Assembly (NCBI GenBank): GCA_002269645.1 | Contig: NIVC01001984.1 | Location: 1-64,000, forward strand | Source of the DNA: Macrostomum lignano | Lineage: Eukaryota | DNA: 64,000 bases | Reading direction: 5' to 3' | Part shown: positions 28,426-41,797 of the stretch, piece after piece | Layout of the letters: every line of letters begins with the position of its first letter | Numbering within the stretch: the first letter of the stretch is position 1 | The notes under the pieces: model-generated | The model's input: only the letters and a program-made list of their open reading frames with translations | Database searches by the model: none | What the model was told of the DNA's origin: nothing | Made by a program: the position numbers and the translations under genes

Positions 28426-31400
28426 TTATCCCTTAAACACATCCGGAGCAGAGAACAGAATCGCGCATGTCGAGATGATGGTGAAGCAGGAGAACAGGAT
28501 GAGGCAGAGTCTGTCCACCACTCTGGCCGCGAATTTCCACTCGCTGCTGACTTCTCCGTCCGCCACATCATCGGAGATTTTCTGCGTGACGATTCGAAGT
28601 TCGTGAACGATGGCGGCGAGCTCGGAACGCACGCTGCAGGGCGGCTGCTGCTGCTGAACCTCATCGTACACCGGTGGCGCCCTCGACGCAGCGGCCTGGG
28701 CAGCGGATGCTCGAAAATTGTCCTCCAGGTCCAGCACGTTCGCCAGCAGCGACTTTGAAGAGCGTTCGCGCAGCTCCATCGAGGCTGGCCCTGGGGAGGC
28801 GTGGCAGCATGAGATTATCCTCGACTCTCATGGTGAGATTATCCTCGACTCTCATGGTGAGATTATCCTCGACTCTCATGGTGAGATTATCCTCGATTCT
28901 TATAGTGAGATTATCATTGATTTTTATGGTGATATTATCTTTGGTTCTTTTGATGATATTCTGCTCGATTCTTATGGTGAGATTATCCCAGATCCTTATT
29001 ATGAGATTATCCTCGATTTTTTAATGAGATTATCCTTGATTCGTGTAGTGAGATTATCCTCGATTCTTATGGTGAGATTATCTCTGATTCTTCTGGTGAG
29101 ATTTTCCCTGATTCTTGTGAGATTATCTTTGATTCTTATGGTAAGATTATCAATGATCTCTATGATGAGACTATCCTTAATCATACATTATCCCAGACTC
29201 TTATGGTATGATAATTCGCTTTTCTTATGGTGAGATTATCCCTAATTCCTATGGTGAGATTATCCTTTGTTTAGATGAGATTATTCATTATTCTTATGGT
29301 GAGAATGTGTCGACTCGTATGGTGAGAATATCTCTGATTATCATGAGATTATTCCGCCTCTCCGATCCGATCTCCGCCCTCACCTCCCTGCTGCTGGTGG
29401 TGATCCGCCAGCAGCTCCCTGTGGTGCTCTGTGCCGAAGCCGGAGCCGGCGGATGCGCTGGCCCGGAAAGTGCCCAGTTTGCCTCCGCCGGTGGCGCCGC
29501 GAGTTCGGCGACGCCTCATCCGGATCGGCTCCGAGTCCGTGTCCCGGCGCATGCGGCGCATGCAAAGAATGCTGGCCAGGTAGGTGCAGATGAACTGGCG
29601 CACCTGGTTGCCATGGCGACGGGAGTTTTGGAGTTGTTAGTTTGTGTCGAAATCTTCTGTAGGCTATCGCTAAATCTATTGGAATGAGATTATCTGAATT
29701 CATATCATGAGATTATCGCTGAATCCATCCCAGGAGATTATGTCTAAATCCATCTCATGAGATTATTGCTGAATCCATCTCATGAGATTATCGCTAAATT
29801 CATATCATGAGATTATCGCTGAATCCATCTCATGAGATTATCTCTAAAACATTAGATAATCTATAGTATTTAAGAAGTCAAAATTCGCTTTAAACTCTTA
29901 CCCAATTAGGAATTGGATGCGATTCGGCATCTCTGTGATGGTAGTTGAGCACAATCACGGTGAACACCACTGATAGACTGCACATGATCATGGTGCAGGC
30001 AAAGTACCTGCCTGAAAGTTTACCAGAAAAAATTTCTACAACTTCTGAAAAAAATACTTAAAAAATTGATTGGAAAACAAAAATTGATTAGAAAAATCAT
30101 TGTTATCATAAATTACAATTAGACACAGAAATAGAAAGCGAAATCCTATAGTTTAACAATTAAGTGCTTTGCAGGACTTCTTTACTTAAGGTAACTCGTT
30201 TTAGGTAAATTTTTGTCTGGAGTAAATTTCTTGAGAAATCAATGCTAAAATAGATTTATCATTTTTCATAATTTCAATCAAAACTACATTGTAGCATTGT
30301 TAATGGATTTCATCTTTACCAAATTTAAGGCTTCTTAGCTGCTAAAGTGCAGCCTTGTATGTAGGATACAGCAAATTCAATTTTATCAAACGGATTTTTC
30401 AAAATTAAAGAAACTTACCTGTTTAACAAAATCGATACTGCTTTTATTAGGAAAAGAAAAATTTCATTTTCTTAATTGCGTTTTTATACTGTTATTAGAT
30501 TACTTTTTTATTATGTATAGGGCACCGAAAAGCGTGGATATCGTAAATTTTACCCGCCTACTACTTAGTAGTAAGTATAGTATCTCGCAGCTCACCTATC
30601 ACAGGCACAGAGTCTGACGTGGGCGGCATTGCCTCAGCAACCATCATTAGAAATACCGTTAGAGATAGAAGAATTGTGACACCTAAATAAAATTATCAAA
30701 TAATATTATAGCTACTGTATCAATACTGTTAGTAAGAATAATATAATTACAGTCTTATTGATTAATTTATTTTTACTTTTTTCTGAAGCAAGTCTCTTGG
30801 AAAGTTTGGATGGGCATTTTAAATTTGTCGATTGGAAATTATTGTTTAGTTTTAGTTTGAGAATCTGACAGACTGACGGACGCAAACTAAAATTTCAGAC
30901 CAAAATGAGAAATTGTGTAAACAAAAATAAAGTTTTAGTATAATCTATCTATACAGACCGTAGTGAATTCACACAAAAATTATTAAGAATCATGCCAAAA
31001 AACCGACGTACACAAAACGAAACAAATTTTCAATAGCATATTACCTGAATTATGCTACTAAAAGTAGGAAAAAAGCGCCCTCACCAATAAGCGGCAGCGC
31101 TTCCGAAGTTTGCGGCATTGCGTCAGCCACAAGCAGCAAAAACATGGTCAGGGAGAGCAGGATGGTGACGCCTGCGCCAAGTAAAATTCATAAATCATAT
31201 TTTACCGATCAGTTGCTTGTTAATAATGAGGTGTTAGAACCAAGTCTAACAGCTGTAACAGAATTCATCTAATGTTCGAATTCTGTCTAACAGCTGTACC
31301 AGAATTCATCTAATGTTCGAATTCTGTCTAACAGACTATCAATTTATCTAACATGTTCCTTCACTGTCTAACAGACTAACATAATTTATCTAACATGTCC

Positions 31401-34400
31401 CTTCACTGTCTAACAGACTAACATAATTTATCTAACATGTCCCTTCACTGTCTAACAGACTAACATAATTTATCTAACATGTCCCTTCACTGTCTAACAG
31501 ACTAACATAATTTATCTAACATGTTCCTTTACTGTCTAACAGACTAACATAATTTATCTAACATGTTCCTTCACTGTCTAACAGACTAACATAATTTATC
31601 TAACATGTTCCTTTACTGTATAACAGACTAACATAATTTATCTAACATGTTCCTTTACTGTCTAACAAACTAACATAATTTATCTAACATGTCCCTTCAC
31701 TGTCTAACAGACTAATTTATCTAACATGTTTCTTCAATGTCTAACAGACTAACATAATTTATCTAACACGTTCCTTCACTGTCTAACAGACTAACATAAT
31801 TTATCTAACATGTCCCTTCACTGTCTAACAGACTAACATAATTTATCTAACATGTTCCTTCACTGTCTAACAGACTAACATAATTTATCTAACATGTTCC
31901 TTCACTGTCTAACAGACTAACATAATTTATCTAACATGTTCCTTCACTGTCTAACAAACTAACATAATTTATCTAACATGTTCCTTCACTGTCTAACAGA
32001 CTAATTTATCTAACATGTTCCTTCCCTGTCTAAAAGACTTACATAATTTATCTAATATGTTCCATATCTGTCTAACAAAATGGATTTGTTACATAACAGG
32101 TCAGACTCGTGTGTCTAACAGATAAATTTTTCCTAAATCAATTTAGGATTATTAATTATTTAATTAGAGATTATTGCAGTGCTACTCTTATTCAGTAGGC
32201 TGGGCGCGTATGTGTGCATTTAAATGTTTTTTATCGTAAATTTATTGTGAAATTCCATAGATTGCGCAATATCAGTGTGTAGCAATATTTTGCGTGTTCA
32301 TGTATGAAAATGTTGCGCCAATCGGTTTGCGAGTTTAATACAGATGGCTGCTGCTCTTTTGCAAATGGAAATTTTCTAATAGCTCTGCGAGGTGCTTAGC
32401 ATAAGAAATCGAAGAAGCACTTAAAACTCGAATTTTTTTATAGAGTGGCCCTAACCTGAAAAATGTGATTTTTCAAGAATTCATTGCGCATTATTGGATC
32501 TTCTTTCTGAAATAGGTATGCAATTCCTTTCGACTTTCCCTGCATTTCCTTTTCATCTCCCTGCATTTCCCTTTGATCTCCCTGCATTTCCCTTTGATCT
32601 CCCTGCATTTCCCTTTGATCTCCCTGCATTCCCCTTCACTCTCCCTGCATTTCCCTTCACTCTCCCTGCATTTCCCTTCACTCTCCCTTCATTTCCCTTT
32701 GATCTCCCTGCATTTCCCTTTGATCTCCCTGCATTTCCCTTCACTCTCCCTGCATTTCCCTTCACTCTCCCTGCATTTCGCTTTGATCTCCCTGTATGTC
32801 CCTTTACTCTCCCTGCATTCTCTACATACAACTTCAAAAAAATAAACTTTAACTATGTCTAAATCATTCTGAAAGTTATAAATTTAAACCAATAAACAAA
32901 AAATTTAAACAAAAAACTCACCCAACGATATCTTCTCTCCTGCATCCGGTGGCAGCATGAAGGTGAGTAGCGCCATGGAGGAGATTAACACGCAGGGGAT
33001 TATGAGATTAAGCCCATAGTACAAAGTCCGTCGGCGGATGTTGATCCAGTACTTCAGATCGATGAACGGGAACGGGCAGCAGTCGTAAAGAAGAGCCGTT
33101 CTAACGCCAGGCATGCCTGACAAAACAGGTTAACATTTTCCGGCTTTGATTTTTGCGCGTTATTTACGAGCGCACATTTTCAATTAAAAATATGTAGTGA
33201 GTGCTCTTAAAGGTTTTAAGCGTGTTTGCCGGTTTATTAAGTACAAAATGAACTTTGCAATGCTTTTTACGCTAGGCGCTTAAAGTTGCATTTTGTGCGA
33301 GAATTGGTCGTCAATTTTAAGCAACGGTTAAACGATAACCTGAGATTCAGGAGACCTGAGATTCAGGAGACCTGAGATTCAGGAGACCTGAGATTCAGGA
33401 GACCTGAGATTCAGGAGACCTGAGATTCAGGAGACCTGAGATTCAGGAGACCTGAGATTCAGGAGACCTGAGATTCAGGAGACCTGAGATTCAGGAGACC
33501 TGAGATTCAGGAGACCTGAGATTCAGGAGACCTGAGATTCAGGAGACCTGAGATTTAGGAGACCTGAGATTCAGGAGACCTGAGATTCAGGAGATCTGAG
33601 ATTCAGGAGACCTGAGATTCAGGAGACCTGAGATTCAGGAGACCTGAGATTCAGGAGACCTGAGATTCAGGAGACCTGAGATTCAGGAGACCCAAGATTT
33701 TCCCATATTTTTCAGCCATCCGTCCTTTCCAAGAATCGCTAACCTATCAATCAATGCCACGTGACCTCAAAACGAAATTTTTGTTTTACCGAAGCTGACT
33801 TTTTCCCCAGCATCCGGCGGTATGATGAAGCTGAGCAGGGCTAGCGAGGACAGAAACGAACAGGGGCCAATTAAATTGAATACGTAATAAAGCTTGCGCC
33901 TGCGGATTAGCAGGTAGAATTTCAGATCGATATATGGATGGGGGCAGCAGTCGTATAGGATGCTGGTCCGCACTCCCGGTAAACCTGCGTGCAAGTTGGA
34001 CGAGTCAAAAATTTTTCTGGCTGGGCGAACATTAAAAAATGCCTGGATTTTTCGGCAATAAAACTGATTCTGAGATTTCAACACTTTGAGATTAAACCAA
34101 TTACCGATTATTCACTGCCGAATATGCAGTTCAATTAAATGATTATAACCATATTAAAGTCTGATAAAAGATCGTTGAACTAAGAAAATATTGTAAATGT
34201 GACATTTCATTCAACCAATGAATAGTCAGTCGGTCAATCAATCAATTAATCAATCAATCAAATCAATCAATCAATCAGATCTATCAATCAATCAGATCAA
34301 TCAATCAATCAGATCAATCAATCAATCAAATCAATCAATCAATCAGATCAATCAATCAATCAGATCAATCAATCAATCAGATCAATCAATCAATCAGATC

Positions 34401-37400
34401 AATCAATCAATCAGATCAATCAATCAATCAGATCAATCAATCAATCAGATCAATCAATCAATCAGATCTATCAATCAATCAGATCAATCAATCAAATAAA
34501 TCAATCAATCAGATCTATCAATCAATCAGATCAATCAATCAATCAGATCAATCAATCAATCAAATCAATCAATCAATCAGATCAATCAATCAATCAGATC
34601 AATCAATCAATCAGATCTATCAATCAATCAGATCAATCAATCAAATCAATCAATCAATCAGATCAATCAATCAATCAGATCAATCAATCAAACAGATCAA
34701 TCAATCAATCAGATCTATCAATCAATTAATGAATTAAATAACAAATCAATAAATTATCAAAGCGTACAATCAAACTACAAATTAATCAAGGGAAATAGCA
34801 TTCGCTGTCAATAGATTATTACAATCTTTCACAATCTCTATTGTGAATCTCTATTACAATCTTATCAAGTTTTGCATACCTTCCAGGTTCCACTCGCCAC
34901 TCTCAACATAAGTCGATATGTCGCCAGACCCTTTCTCCGAACAGTTTTTCGGGTCCTTCAGGATTTTCTCGGTCGTGTCCAGGTTGGGGTCGTCGCACTT
35001 GAACCGCAAATCCACGGTGCCCCCATCATAAGTCCAGGAGCCGAACTTCAACTCGCATTTCTGAGTATCGAACGGAAACCAGGTGATGTCAATTTTGCAG
35101 GTGGACTTGAACATGCCAGGCGGGATGTAGTTCATGCTGCCGTAGTGATTTATGACCACATTCGTCGGAAATGTGCCGTCGAACTTCTCGTCCGCGCTGG
35201 GAATCCAAGAGGGATAATTATCCTCTAATTATTCTTGCCTTCTGGCTCGTGAACTTTTAGAGCTGAAATATCGGATATATTCTGCAAAATCCAGAGATAC
35301 TCTTTATTATGCCTAATATCTCGTAGAGGTGCGATACCAACTCATCTCAGGGTGAAATTCTAATTGATTTCTAGGAATGAGATTCTCATTGATTTCTAAA
35401 AAGAAGATTCTAATTGATTTCTAGGAAAAATATTCGTATTGATTTCTAGGAAAAATATTCGTATTGATTTCTAGGAAAAATATTCGTATTGATTTCTAGG
35501 AAAAATATTCGTATTGATTTCTAGGAAAAATATTCGTATTGATTTCTAGGAAAAATATTCGTATTGATTTCTAGGAAAAATATTCGTATTGATTTCTAGG
35601 AAAAATATTCGTATTGATTTCTAGGAAAAATATTCGTATTGATTTCTAGGAAAAATATTCTAGCTCGTAATTGATTTCCAGGAATGACATTTTCTTTGAT
35701 TTCTAGGAATGAGATTCTAATTGATTTCTAGGAAAAAGATCCTAATTGATTTCTAGGAAAATAATTCTAATTGATTTCTAGGAAAATAATTCTAATTGAT
35801 TTCTAGGAAAAATATTCTCATTGATTTCTAAGAATGATTGGATTCTCATTGATGGCTAGGAAGATTCTATTTCATTTCTTGAAAAAATTCTTTTTGATTT
35901 CTAGGAAAAAGATTCTAATTGATTTCTAGGAAAAAGATCCTAATTTATTTCTAGGAAAATAATTCTAATTGATTTCTAGGAATGAGATTCTCATTGATTT
36001 CTAGGAATGAGATTCTCATTGATTTCTAGGAATGAGATTCTCATTGATTTCTAGGAAAAAGATCCTAATTTATTTCTAGGAAAATAATTCTAATTGATTT
36101 CTAGGAATGAGATTCTCATTGATTTCTAGGAAAAAGATCCTAATTGATTTCTAGGAAAATAATTCTAATTGATTTCTAGGAAAATAATTCTAATTGATTT
36201 CTAGGAAAATAATTCTAATTGATTTCTAGGAAAATAATTCTAATTGATTTCTAGGAAAAAGATTCTAATTGATTTCTAGGAAAATAATTCTAATTGATTT
36301 CTAGGAAAAAATATTCTCATTGATTTCTAAGAATGAGATTCTCATTGATGGCTAGGAAGATTCTATTTCATTTCTTAAAAAAATTCTCTTTGATTTCTAG
36401 GAAAAAGATTCTCATTGATTTATTGGTATGAGATTCTATTTAATTTATAGGAATCAGATTCTCTTTGATTTCTAGCGATGCGATTCTCATTTATTTGTAG
36501 AAAAAATTCTTCTTAATTTCTTAAAAAGGTTCTAACTGATTTTTTGTAAAAGGATTTTAATTGATTTCTAGGAATAAGATTCTATTTGATTTCTAGGAAT
36601 GAGATTCTCATTTATTTCTAGGAAAAGGCTTCTCATTGATTTCTAGGGATGACATTTACGTCAACTTCTATGCATGATATTTTAACTAGCTGTTCCAAAA
36701 AATCACAATTTGACAAAAAAGCTGTCAGATAAACCAACCTGTTGTACAACAAAATGTCGGGTTTCCACACCTTGCTTGGGTCGATGTTAATCTTGGTGAT
36801 GTTCCCGTAGTCTGCTGGGTCCCACATGAAGTGATAATCGCTCCAAGTCTGAATGGAAATAAGTTTGTTTTGTTATAATAAATATTGCAACACGCGTTGA
36901 CGGTTTAAATTGGTGCCATTTTTCCGACAGTACGCTCGTATTTAACAAGTTTTAAAACGATGTTGGTCTATTTGTCTGTATTTGTGTGTCCCAGTGTCTG
37001 TCTGGATGTGTCTCAGTATTTGTCTGGATGTGTCTCAGTGTCTGTCTGGGTGTGTCTCAGTGTCTGTCTGGGTGTGTCTCAGTGTCTGTCTGGGTGTGTC
37101 TCAGTGTCTGTCTGGGTGTGTCTTAGTGTCTGTCTGGATGTGTCTTAGTGTCTGTCTGGATGTGTCAGTGTCTGTCTGGGTGTGTCTCAGTGTCTGTCTG
37201 GGTGTGTCTCAGTGTCTGTCTGGATATGTCTCCGTCTGTCTGGATATGTCTCGTCTGTCTGGATGTGTCTCAGTATCTGTCTGGATATGTCTCAGTGTCT
37301 GTCTGGATATGTCTCCGTCTGTCTGGATATGTCTCCGTCTGTCTGGATGTGTCTCAGTATCTGTCTGGATATGTCTCAGTGTCTGTCTGGGTGTGTCTCA

Positions 37401-40400
37401 GTATCTGTCTGGATATGTCTCAGTGTCTGTCTGGGTGTGTCTCAGTGTCTGTCTGGGTTGTCTCAGTGTCTGTCTGAATGTGTTTCAGTCTTTCTGGGCG
37501 TGTTTTCAGTTCAAAAGTATCGACTATTTCCAAGCCAAAAGTGGCAAGCCAATAAATCACTTTACTGATTAATTATTTAATACCGCCAATAAACTGCATA
37601 TTAAAAGATAACAAAGTCCAAGTTGCTCAAATAAAATTTTCTCCACTTACCAGGTCGAGCCAAATGTTTGAGAATAGAATCTGATTCTTCTCGTCCTGAG
37701 GATGTGCAAAAATGGGTTTTGGGTTGAATTGGGCACTAGATATGAGATCTAGAGATGATAATTGAGATCTGGAGATTATAATTGAGATGTAGAGATGATA
37801 ATTGAGATCTAGAGATGGTTATTGAGATCTAGAGATGATAATTGAGATCTAGAGATGAATATTGAGATCTAGAGATGATAATTGAGATCTAGAGATGATT
37901 ATTGAGATCTAGAGATGATAATTGAGATCTAGAGATGATAATTGAGATCTAGAGATGATAATTGAGATCTAGAGATGATTATTGAGATCTAGAGATGATT
38001 ATTGAGATCTAGAGATGATTATTGAGATCTAGAGATGATTATTGAGATCTAGAGATGATAATTGAGATCTAGAGATGATTTTTGAGATCTAGAGATGATT
38101 ATTGATATCTAGAGATGATTATTGAGATCTAGAGATGATAATTGAGATCTAGAGATGATAATTCAGATCTAGAGATGATAATTGAGATCTAGAGATGATA
38201 ATTGAGATCTAGAGATGATAATTGAGATCTAGAGGTGATGTTAACTGAGTTCTAGAGATGAGATTTGAGATTTGAGACTTCGAGATGAGATCTGTGATCT
38301 ACACTGTAGAGAGATGAGATTTAATAACTAAAAAATGAGATCTGTGATCTAAAAATGAGAACTGAGATCAAAAGAAGAAATCTGTGATTTAAAGATGAGA
38401 TCTGAAATCTTTGCAATATTTTTTAACGATTTGACAGTTTATAACTCAGGAGCATAAGCAGTAGGCTATAAATTATTAAAGAAGTCTCATAGCCATAAAA
38501 ACTCCGTCGGAAATAACTCAAACAAGTTCTTGAGCTAAATAATGCTAGTTCAATGAGTCCTTTGCTGCCTGACTCTGAGAACAGCTGCACACAGCTGGCG
38601 GGGTCATGTGAGCAGGCGCTTAGGCCGGTCAGTCAGCGGATTGAGTTCAGTCACCCGCATCAGATTGAGCTGGGCTGCACTTGCTTTGGTTTTGCTGCAA
38701 TTTCTATGGAGATCTTTTTTGTATTGGTTAAAAGCAGCTGGTCATGTCGGCTCTGGAACTGGCAGAGGGCTTTGCTGTTATTCTGCTGCAGTTTTTTAGA
38801 TACTGGTGCTGGCGTCCCCGGTGCTGGCTCCCCCGGTGCTGGCGTCCCCGGTGCTGGCTCCCCCTGTGCTGGCGCCCCCTGTGCTGGCTCCCCCGGTGCT
38901 GTCTCCCCCGGTGCTGGCGCCCCCGGTGCTGGCGCCCCCGGTGCTGGCGCCCCCGGTGCTGGCGCCCCCGGTGCTGGCGCCCCCGGTGTTGGCGCCCCCA
39001 GTTCTGGCGCCCCCGGTGCTGGCGCCCCCGGTGCTGGCGCCCCCGGTGCTGGCGCCCCTAGTGCTAAAGTCCCTAGTGCTAAAGCCTCTGGTGCTAAAGC
39101 CCCTGGTGCTCCCAATCGGGCTGTTGGTACATCATGAAAGATCAAGGCTCACACAGGGTGTACAGCGGCTTCGGCTATGCTAATTCAAAAGCCCTTGCTC
39201 AACTGCAAGCCCGTCAATACGCACCACATCAATGATCTGCTGCAGGGACACTTTGAACCAGACGTACAGGACTGCTGAGTCATTCTGTACGGGCCGCTCC
39301 ATGGGGTTGTGCCGCAGGCTCTCGTTCTTGTTGTCGAACAGATCTCGCAACAGCCGCTTCTCGTGATGGCCCGCCTCCACTGCTGGGCGTCCGGTTCGAA
39401 AATTGAAAGTTGAGAGCCATTTTCATAGTAAAAAATATTTGAATTTTTCGATACTGTAGTTCCGATTGAAGTTCAGGTGGAGTTCAGGTGGAGTTCAGTT
39501 GGAGTTCAGGTGGAGTTCAGGTGGAGTTCAGGTGGAGTTCAGGTGGAGTTCAGGTGGAGTTCAGGTGGAGTTCAGTTGAAGTTTAGGTGGAGTTCAGTTG
39601 AAGCTCAGGTGGAGTTCAGTTGAAGTTCATGTAGAGTTCAGGTGGAGTTCAGATGCAGTTCAGGTGCATTTCATGCAGTTTCATAATCAAAGAATCCCCA
39701 AAACTCGCACAAAACATTTGCAGGGAATTCTGTCTGAATTGACAAATTCCGAAGTAGCCAGTGAATGATGCAAATATTTTTAGCCATTATATTCACTTAA
39801 TCTTCAAGCAGATAGATGAACTGCAGAGTCTTAATGGATAACTTTGCGAGATATGCGAGAACCTATTCAGGTACAGCTTCGGGTGACCCCTCCCTTCAAC
39901 CTATCCCTTACCTAGCTGTTGGCCAGTTCTAAGATCCCCATTTTTTGGATCGATTACGGAGATCCCGGAGCCCAACCTGCTCTGACTGTGTGTTGTCAGG
40001 GCTGCTGCTAATCCTCTTGTGAAAAAATCCATACAGCCAACCCACCACTCTTCTCGGAAAACTGTCAATCTAAGCATTCTCTTACCTTAGTAGTTCGTAA
40101 TAATATAAGCTCAGCATAGAAGCTGTTAAAAGATCAGACTGCATCTGAGTCTGAGCAGCCGGTGTTCACCGATTCCGCTTGGAGCTTTGGGAGTCTCTGT
40201 TTACCAGCGGTGAGAAGGTAATTATGGGGGATTTCTCGACTACTGATGCTGGGAATTCAGTCAGTGGGGAATTTCTCGACTACTGATGCTGGGAATTCAG
40301 TCAGTGGGGAATTTCTAGTCTACTGATGCTGGGAATTCAGTCAGTGGGGAATTTCTCGTCTACTGATGCTGGGAATTCAGTCAGTGGGGAATTTCTCGAC

Positions 40401-41721
40401 TACTGGTGCTGGGAATTCAGTCAGTGGGGAATTTCTCGACTACTGGTGCTGGGAATTCAGTCAGTGGGGAATTTCTCGACTACTGATGCTGGGAATTCAG
40501 TCAGTGGGGAATTTCTCGACTACTGATGCTGGGAATTCAGTCAGTGGGGAATTTCTCGACTACTGATGCTGGGAATTCAGTCAGTGGGGAATTTCTCGTC
40601 TACTGATGCTGGGAATTCAGTCAGTGGGGAATTTCTCGTCTACTGATGCTGGGAATTCAGTCAGTGGGGAATTTCTCGTCTACTGATGCTGGGAATTCAG
40701 TCAGTGGGGAATTTCTCGACTACTGATGCTGGGAATTCAGTCAGTGGGGAATTTCTCGTCTACTGATGCTGGGAATTCAGTCAGTGGGGAATTTCTCGAC
40801 TACTGATGCTGGGAATTCAGTCAGTGGGGAATTTCTCGACTACTGATGCTGGGAATTCAGTCAGTGGGGAATTTCTCGACTACTGGTGCTGGGAATTCAG
40901 TCAGTGGGGAATTTCTCGACTACTGATGCTGGGAATTCGGTCAGTGGGGAATTTCTCGACTACTGATGCTGGGAATTCGGTCAGTGGGGAATTTCTCGAC
41001 TACTGATGCTGGGAATTCGGTCAGTGGGGAATTTCTCGACTACTGATGCTGGGAATTCGGTCAGTGGGGAATTTCTCGACTACTGATGCTGGGAATTCGG
41101 TCAGTGGGGAATTTCTCGACTACTGGTGCTTTCTCACCGAACTGAAGCTGGAGAATTCAGTTAGGGGGGGGGGGAATTCAGCTAACTCAAACTCATTCGT
41201 CAAAGATTATTGTGCACACGCAAAATCCTTTCAACAGAGAAATTCACATTTCATTTACTGCGCCTCAAATGGGATTTACTCAACAGATCGTTAAAAGAAA
41301 TTTCTCGGCTTTGAGAAATTCCTAACTCAGAATAGTGGCGAGGCCAAGTGCTCAAGCTGGTGTTTGAGCAGCTGCTAGATTCACGCCATAAAAATTGTCT
41401 TCTGTTAGCAACTAAACTTTCGATTTTTACTACAGCTATGACCCGTGGAAACCTGGGCAGCAAATTCTGCCTGCTCTTGTGTTAATGTGCAGCTCATAAA
41501 ACTTTCAACAGTTCAAGTATTAGATGTAGATTAGAGGTTGCCATTTTTATTCAGTGCATTGATGGCCGGACCACTGACTGCGAGAGGCCGGCATATCAGA
41601 TGGGGAGACAGACGATTACGAAGAGGGAGAGGTAGAGAGGGGAAGGGGAGAGATGAGAGTTACGAAAGTAAGGCGAAAGAGAGAGGGAGAGATTGAAAAG
41701 GGGAGAGGAGAGAGAGACAGA

Positions 41722-41797
<76 letters not shown>

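Noticed and set aside
36849-39224. Possible duplicate of the 45-nt nAChR exon 3 (as in insect alpha6 3a/3b)
   Set aside because: No second DEKNQ-like exon seen in introns 2 or 3 by eye.
39383-39430. ATG just upstream of nAChR exon 2 as an alternative start
   Set aside because: Out of frame with exon 2; a proper signal-peptide exon with a phase-1 donor exists at 44116-44050.
40225-41130. Regular 40-bp repeat with partial palindrome, superficially CRISPR-like
   Set aside because: Units are directly adjacent with no unique spacers, there are no cas genes, and the context is a eukaryotic intron.
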